In this document: one piece after another, positions 55,505 through 64,000 of the stretch
Layout of the letters: the number at the start of each line of letters is the position of its first letter
Position numbering within the stretch: the first letter of the stretch is position 1
DNA from: Octopus vulgaris
Lineage: Eukaryota
Direction: 5' to 3'
Length of the DNA stretch: 64,000 nt
Assembly: GCA_951406725.2 (NCBI GenBank)
Contig: OX597825.1
Span: 81,654,001-81,718,000, forward strand
The notes under the pieces: generated by a model
The model's database searches: none
Seen by the model: the letters and a program-made list of their open reading frames with translations, nothing else
What the model was told of the DNA's origin: nothing
Program-made: the position numbers and the translations under genes

Positions 55505-55660
55505 AATGTTGGTGTCTACGTCCCCGTAACTTAACGGTTCGGCAAAAGAAACCGATAGAATAAGTACTAGGTTTACAAAAAATAAGTTCTAGGTTGATTT
55601 GTTCGACTAAAGGCAGTGCTCCAGCATGGCTGCAGTCAAATGACAGAAACAAATAAAAGA
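55505..55660 (+). mobile_element. SINE family B, 3' half
   Basis: CGTCCCCGTAACTTAACGGTTCGGCAAAAG..CCAGCATGGCTGCAGTCAAATGAC. Confidence 0.85.
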
Positions 55661-55795
55661 ATAAAATAATATATATATATCCATACATATACCTATATAC
55701 ACATATATATGAGTGTGTGTCTGTGTGTGTGTGTTTGTATACACACACACAAACACGTATACACACACATATTTCGCCACCACCATCCTTGCCAT

Positions 55796-55836
<41 letters not shown>

Positions 55837-56762
55837 GAAGCAGCAAGAACATTCGTCATATCATTACAACCGGCATCAGTTTATTTTAAGTTTGCAGTCG
55901 ATCTACCTGCTAGAAATAGCAGGCAACTCACCCTCAAATCATACCCAAAGGAAAAGCCACATCAAGCAATGTAATTAAATCTTCTGTACTTCTAAAACGA
56001 TGAGATGGGCACGGATGGCACCCTTGGATCTCCATTCACACAGGCCAGATTTACGTCCAGGAGAAGCCACTTCAATACTGATCAATGAAAAAGTCTATGG
56101 TCTTTCGAAAGACAAACCGATGTTCTGCTCTATGATTGGAGTTTGTCTATCATTTGTCCCATCTGACCCCCACATTAGGCATTTTTGCATAATTCTGTCT
56201 TAACTCCAGACTTTATTCTCCTATTACGTCACGACCACGAGCCACTCTATTACTTTTAAGCATGAATAATATAGATATTTATATATATATATATATGTAA
56301 AGGAATTCTGGAACATGGGGAGGCTGTGAAGATAGCTTAGTATATTAGAATATTGAGCAAATACTCTTTAAAAGACGGTGGGGGGGGGGGGTAGCCAGCG
56401 AGCTTCCACAGGAAATCGAACGCTGCACTTCTCAATTCAGGCTGAGCGATCTGTACCATTAAGCTAAGAGATCTCTGACGATAGACACCTACTTTTATGT
56501 GTATATATATATATATAAATAACATACATGTATGTGTGTGCGTATATATACATACATACATACATACACAGACACACACACACACACATACACACACACA
56601 CACACATATATATATATACACACACAACACACACACATTGTCAAATACTTACATATTTGCACTGTAACTACTGGCAAAGCTTTACTATAAGTGTGTATAC
56701 GCATGCAAATACGAACATACATGCAATACATGCGCATAGACATACATATTCACACACACACA

Positions 56763-56795
<33 letters not shown>

Positions 56796-58852
56796 GCGCG
56801 CACATACATACACACACATACACCTACCTATGTATGTGGTGATATGCGTAAACTATTACATTACATAGCATTACCTGTATGTATGCATGTGTGTTTGTAT
56901 GTATGTATGTATGTATGTATGTATGTATGTATGTATGTATGTGTGTATGTATGTATGTATGTGTGTATGTACGCATGCATCTAAAATTGGGAAAAGAAAT
57001 ATTAATTTTAATAACTAACTGCCGTTTTGAAATCGTCGTATAGAATTACAAACAGTTTTGTTCCGTTATTTTTCGCTATCTTTTGCTGTAATAAGCGGTA
57101 TTTGTAATCAAATTTCCCAGACATCTTCCAGAGATGTCGTTATTTTCCTCTAAACACAAAACGTTTCGTGTAATCATTAGCATAAAACTAGTTGTTAAAC
57201 ATCAGGAATGAATTTCATGCAAAGGAATTTTATAACATTTCAGCAGTAATTGATTTTGCTTCTCTGCAAAAGTTATCATAAAATTATCGTCATAAGGCTA
57301 TAAACGATGAATTTTTGCATCTGATATTAATCAGATCACGACACAATCATTTTATTAATAAATGGCTTTGAGATATGAATCAACTTTTGCGCGGGCTTTT
57401 GTCGGCAGCCATAGTGTCACTTGATTAAAGTATATAAATACGGTTTGCAGTTGTAATTGAAGAGGAGTAATTTTGTTAGTCAGTCGGCACCACTAAAAAG
57501 AAAACGGTTCGCCATCTGACCCACGTTTTCATTTATTTTTGCTGCTCGTAGCTACTCGCATTGGCAGGGAAGGAGGTCGATTAAAGCAAACTCAAACAGT
57601 CTTTGATTAGAAAGTAATAACTGTTGTATCGCTCCAAGTTGCAATCCTCGCGATTGTCAGCATTCGGCATTCTGTGGCAAATGGCAACCGTAGCTTTTAT
57701 CAGGAATATAATATTTACTGATATCCGGAAACAATAATGCTAACATTCGCAGCAATTAGCGCTATCGCTGGCTAGCACCTACTTGACTTCAATACCCAAT
57801 AAATTCAAAATGGTGGATTAAACTAAGCTATAAGTCAGATCAAACGGCTGATTGCATATATAACTCGTACGTAGTATTAAATTTAGACACATAATCACCT
57901 GAAATTAACAAGTTATAAAAAGCACCAATATCTATGAAGAAGACAATATCCCATGGCCGGTGCATTAATTCAATGAGATGCTGAATTATGCCTAAGTACA
58001 GAAGACTCTAATTGTCCGTCTTCTGCGTTCAAATGTGAAAATTGAATTGCTGCTACCGCGGCTGCTGCTGCTGCTGCGGCTACTGCTATTGGTGTAGCTT
58101 GCACAAGTGCCAACACAACAGAGATTAATGGACGGGATATGGTTTATATGGTGGGTAAGAGGATAACCAAAGATGTATTGACTAGTGCCAGATCAATCAG
58201 AGAAAAGCAGACATATGCGGCGGCGCCATTACACCAATATGGTAACTAAAGAAAACAGACAAATGGAGAAAAATGATAGCCTTTACGCTGGAAACATCTT
58301 CACATACAACCTTAATTGGTGTTAAAGGGGGAAAAAAACAATAAAAATAATAATAAAAACAAACGAAAAAAATAATAAATAACCGATAAAAATATATAAA
58401 TACAAAGGAAAAAATTGGACAAAAGAAGTGAAGTAAAAACAAAAAGAAAAAAATAAAGGAAAATAGGGGGGGAAAAAAAGAAAAAAGAAGAAAAAAGCAG
58501 AGCTGCAAAGAACAGCATCTCGTTAGGAGAGGGTGTATATACGGATGCCAAATGATGCTTGGTCCGTGGTTCGAGGTGGAGAGGCGGCAGGAAAATTAGA
58601 GACCAGGAAAGTATCGTTGTGTGGAAGGAGGTGTGGGTGGGGGGAGGAAGAGAATGAAGAAGAAGAAGAAGAAGAAGAAGAGGGAGGGGAAGGGGTGAGA
58701 AAGGAAAGAAGGAAAGTAAGAGAGAAGGGAAGAAGGACAGAAAAGGAAGGAAGGGGGGAAGGAAGGAAGAAAGAGGCGAAAAATATAATCAAACAATATA
58801 ATTCTACACGGCTTCGTGGCAAGTTACCGAATCGATTGTGAGGTGGGGAATG

Positions 58853-58897
<45 letters not shown>

Positions 58898-59241
58898 TTA
58901 ATAATAATAATAATAATAAATAACAATAATAATAATGAAATGAAATAGAATAAAAGTAGGCGGCGAAAGTGAGAGTTGGGGTGGGCGGTGAGGCGATTGG
59001 TGTGGCGGTGTCCATGCTAGTGGTGATGGGGGTGGGAATTAGGGTGGTGGGGATGGGTTGGCAGAGATGCTAAGGAGAAAGGGGAATGAGAGAGAGAGAC
59101 AGAGAGTGGGGGAGAAGAAGAGGATGAAGAAGGATGAGAGAGGGATGAGAGAGGGATGAGAGAGGGATGTAGAGGAGAGCAAAAACAAAGAAAAACGATG
59201 GTCGTGATGGCGATGGTGGTGACAATGATGAAACAAAAGAC

Positions 59242-59306
<65 letters not shown>

Positions 59307-59648
59307 GAAGAAGAAGAAGAAGAAGAAGAAGAACAACAACAACAACAACAACAGCAATAACAGCACCAGTAAAAAATCAATCAAAATGGATGATATTGGT
59401 GGAAATCAATGGTCATCCGTTTGGCCAGCTAGTGGTCAGTTACTGTGAACAGTGACAATCAGACCATTATATCGTTATTGCCACCTCGAGCCCCCACCCT
59501 CATACCCCGTTCTCTCACTCTTTCTCTTTCTCTCCCTCTCCCCGTCTCCTCCCACATCTCGATCTCTCTCGATATATATATGTGTATATATATACATATA
59601 TATATATATATTTACGCATACATGTAAATTTACACATACATATATATG

Positions 59649-59719
<71 letters not shown>

Positions 59720-59858
59720 GCATATGTATATATATGTATATGTATATATATGTATACATACATATATATATAGTGAGCTTCATGCGAAATTATACTACTC
59801 TAATATATTTATGTGTGTATATGTATGTATAACAGTCTACATGTATGTATATGTGTGT

Positions 59859-59950
<92 letters not shown>

Positions 59951-60094
59951 TAGATATGTGTATGTGTGTGCTTGTGTATTTAACTATTTCAACATTTTCT
60001 TCTCATTTCTTTCACTCTTTCTTCCTCTCTGTCTCTCCATGTGTCTTTGTCAATCTAATCTATCTTCTTATCTATCTATCTATCCATTTATAAA

Positions 60095-60125
<31 letters not shown>

Positions 60126-60764
60126 GTCTATATAGTTAATCTATTCCTAGTCTCTATCACTTTCTCTCCCTATGTATTCTTCAAGCTATCTATCTGTCTA
60201 TCCGTCTGTCTGTTTGTCTGTCGTCTGGTTTTTGGCAACCAAATGGACAGGTTGAGTCTTTTCCTTCACAATATCTAAAGAGTGAGAATGAAATTAATTT
60301 TTCCTTCCCTCACAAATGGAATGACAAGTAAAAGGAGAGAGAATCTGAGAGAGAGAGAGAGTGAGAGTAGAAGACAGAGAGAGAGAGAAAAGAGAGAGAG
60401 AGAGAGAGATAGCAAGGAATTATGAGAGAGTCTGAAATAGAGGGGGAGGTGGCAGAAACATCTCCAAGTAGATTATTCATATCTTAAACTCGTTGTTGTT
60501 GTTGTTTTTATTGTTATGACCGTTCATGTGTCCATCATCATCATCAGCAGCATCATCATTGCCATCGCCATCGTCGCCCACTTCGCCATCGTCATCGCCA
60601 CCCCCCTACCTCCTCATCATGGCGATCGCCATTATCATCATCGTTATAATCCCTCACCATCTCAAACAATTTATGGCCATTTTCTGGAGTATTAACAATT
60701 CGCTAACCGAATTACAGACATACACTCCTTTTATATGCGTATATGTATATATACATATACATAC

Positions 60765-60819
<55 letters not shown>

Positions 60820-61087
60820 TGTGTGTGTGTGTGTACACATATAGATATGTTTGTACATTTTTGTGTATGTACATACGTATGTCAAGAGATAGATAGAGAG
60901 AGAGATACATACATGCATACATACATACATACATATATACATACATACATACATACATAGAGACAGACATGCATACATATATACATATATACATATATAC
61001 ATATATACATTCGAAGACAGACAAACAGATATAATGCATATCTAAGCTTGTGTAATGATGTACATAATATATACACCAATAAGTATG

Positions 61088-61181
<94 letters not shown>

Positions 61182-61388
61182 TGAATGCGTGTATGTATGT
61201 GTAGCTATAGATGCAAATATATACATACTTATATACATGCATGCATACATACATATATATGTGTATGAAAGCATGTATATATTCAAAGTGTAAGTGACTT
61301 TCTGCTCCACAAATAGACACACATTCACGCCCGCCCGCACATACACACTTTCTATATGTATGCGTCTGTGTGTGTGTGTGTATGTATG

Positions 61389-62266
61389 TCATTATTCAGT
61401 TTATTTCAAGATTTCTTGCCATTAGAGAAAGAGCCGGTTTCTAAACTAGATTCAAAGCTCCCTCATTGGAATTTCAACATCAACAGCAGGGTATTTTTGT
61501 ATGTATGTATGTATGTATGTATGTATGTATGTATGTATGTATGTATGTATGTATGTATGTATATATGTATGTATGTATGTATGTATGCATTTATGTATGT
61601 ATATATGTATTTATGTATGTATGTATGCATGTATGTATGTATGCATATATGTATGTATGTATATATGTATTTATGTATGTATGCACGTATGTATGTACGT
61701 ATGTATGTATGTATGATTGTAAGTATGTTTGTATGTATGTATGTATGTATGTATGTATGTATGTATGATTGTATGTATGTATGTATGTATGTATGTATCT
61801 ATGTATGTATGTATGTATGTATGTATGTATTTATGCATGTATGCATGTATGTATGTATGTATGTATTTATGCATGTATGCATGTATGTATGTATGTATGC
61901 ACGTATGTATGTATGCATGTATGTGTGCAGATTTGTATGTTTTGTTTTATGTATATATTCTCATACATATAGTTACATATCTAGACATGTTCTTACATAC
62001 TTAAATTATAAACTTCTGAAAAGTTTTTCAGATTTTTACAGTTCCACTGATGAATTGGATCTGTAGTCTTCGAATTAGCTTTCTCTTTTCTAGTTTTAAG
62101 AAGGCTAATTTCTCAAGATTGGTATTTAGGCAGTGTGTAAATTACAGGTATAAACCTGAACTTGTAATCTTGATAGAGTAACTGCAGATTTCACAATAGT
62201 TCAGCGTAGGTGTTCTCTTTTTCACTGATCTTCACCTTTGTTAACATCTTCTGGGCAGCTAATTTG
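61389..62266 (-). mobile_element. 5'-truncated RLE-type non-LTR retrotransposon embedded in (TATG)n
   Basis: Minus strand ISCPEDVN..KISEKENTYAELL*NLQLLYQDYKFRFIPVI..LEKL..RKLIRRLQIQFISGTVKI*KTFQKF (stop ~62001); putative 3' UTR interrupted by degenerate (CATA)n; TATG repeats on both flanks. Confidence 0.75.
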
Positions 62267-62280
62267 CATGTATGTAGCTA

Positions 62281-62311
<31 letters not shown>

Positions 62312-62609
62312 TGTATGTATGTATGTATGTATGTATGTATGTATGTATGTATGTATGTATGTATGTATGTATGTATGTATGTATGTATGTATGTATGTAT
62401 GTATGTATGTATGTATGTATGTATTCTCGTTATTTTCGCCATCTGCAGTACTCTCGTATCAATCACATGAGATTGCCGCGAGATCATCAAGATATTACAA
62501 AAGCATGGCTGTTGTAATCGCTCGTGGCGTTGCATATACCAACTTAGAAGGTCTGGTCATCTTACACGTTTAGAGGACCCCCACTCACCAAAACAGGTGT
62601 TGAATGTTC

Positions 62610-62925
62610 AGCCGGCGCAATGGAAACGTCCCCAGTTCAAGCCATACGAGCTTTTCAAAACTAATCTTAAGCACATAAGTAAAAATATGAATATCAACAC
62701 CTGGGAAGATCTTGTATCAGATAAGGACTTGTGGCGGATTGTGACTGGTATTGTGTTAGAGAATTAGAGAACAACAGGGCTGCATACTCTACGATGAAGT
62801 GTGCTGGCAAATATATGCAGAGTGTGAACCTTCTCAATGAGAAAGGCACGATAGGGTCTCTTTTGTGTGACCAGTATGATCGTGTCTGCTTTTCAAAGGT
62901 AGATCTACTCAGCCGCAAGCGTGAT
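62610..62925 (+). mobile_element. Degenerate RTE/RTE-X-like LINE 3' coding fragment
   Basis: NINTWEDLVSDKDLWR..ELENNRAAY..LLCDQYDRVCFSKVDLLSRKR (decayed C2H2-type zinc finger). Confidence 0.65.
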
Positions 62926-63191
62926 CACGGAGGTACCCACCTCAACCAATGCCTTACTCAGGATATTCTTTCGCACCCCTTGTGTAGTAGAGAGTATGGG
63001 TTGGTTAATTGACCCAATCGGCGTTGTAGGCCCCAAAATCCAGATGCTTGGACTGTTGCTGGAAAGCTGATTTGTGGTTCAAGAGAAACGGATCCTTGAA
63101 TCTGTGATGCGGCAAGATGAAATGTGAGATGTTTCTTAGAGTGAAGTCGCTTTAAGAAATGACTTTCTTCGGTTACAAGTCGACTTTCACC

Positions 63192-63242
<51 letters not shown>

Positions 63243-63420
63243 TCTGTGAGTATATACATCTGTGAGTGGAACAGTAAAAAAGTATGCAAGACTTTTCTCA
63301 AGTTCCAAATGTGAATTTGTCTGTGTTAACTACATCCCAAAGATGGAGCCTTGTATCTTTGTTGGAAACCAGCTCCCTCCTCAGTGGAAGATTTATAATA
63401 ATTGAAAAATAGAAGAAGCA

Positions 63421-63515
63421 TATACACATAGGAGTGCTCAAAATTTCCTGGTTTTGGGTAAAAGAAAATATAGGAGGATCAGTTATGATTTTATTCAACA
63501 TAATCCCCTCTCAGA
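63421..63515 (-). mobile_element. Mariner 3'-end fragment
   Basis: Minus strand LRGDYVE* followed by a decayed TIR. Confidence 0.6.
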
Positions 63516-63619
63516 TGTGTGCGTGCGTGTGTGTGTGTTTGTGTGTGTTATTAATAACGCCTTGTAAAATGTGTTTCTTTTCCACTCATCAATGCGAATG
63601 AACCTTTAAGCCCGGATGA

Positions 63620-63964
63620 ACTCGGCAGAATTTGAACTCAGAACGTAGCGGCAGACGAAATACCTATTTCTTTACTGCCCACAAGGGGCTAAACACGGAG
63701 GGTACAAACAAGGACAGACAAAACGGATTAAGTCGATTACATCGACCCCAGTGCGTAACTGGTACTTAATTTATCGACCCTGAAAGGATGAAAGGTAAAG
63801 TCGATTTCATTGACCCCAGTGCGTAAGTGGTACTTAATTTATCGATCCCGAAAGGATGAAAGGCAAAGTCGACCACGGCGGAATTTGAACTCAGAACGTA
63901 AAGACAGGCGAAATACCGCTAAGCATTTCGCCCGGCGTGCTAACGTTTCTGCCAGGTCGCCGCT
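63620..63964 (-). mobile_element. SINE family A with duplicated body
   Basis: Reverse complement of the family A head, body and linker. Confidence 0.9.
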
Positions 63965-64000
63965 TTACAACACAAAATATTTTAACAGCATTTTTTAATA

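Overview
AT-rich eukaryotic DNA, largely non-coding and dominated by microsatellites ((TA)n, (CA)n, (GA)n, (TATG)n, (GATA)n, (TAA)n, (GAT)n, (GGT)n). The repeat landscape resembles an Octopus genome (inference from recalled SINE families and repeat density). No intact host gene is supported and nearly all listed ORFs are translated microsatellites. The window holds many copies of three tRNA-derived SINE families, Tc1/mariner and Tigger fragments and MITEs, CR1-like and RTE-like LINE scraps, and three restriction-like-endonuclease (RLE) non-LTR fragments lying in or next to (AAT)n or (CATA)n tracts. The strongest signal is a set of minimal type-I hammerhead-ribozyme-like motifs with different core variants (UUGAAAA, CUGUUGA, CCGACGA, CUGAUGA). 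They sit in short dispersed, tandem or inverted repeats resembling Penelope pLTRs or non-LTR retrozymes. Several long foldback palindromes, a frame-preserving 30-bp repeat and one candidate exon also merit checks. Repeat boundaries are approximate and read by eye.
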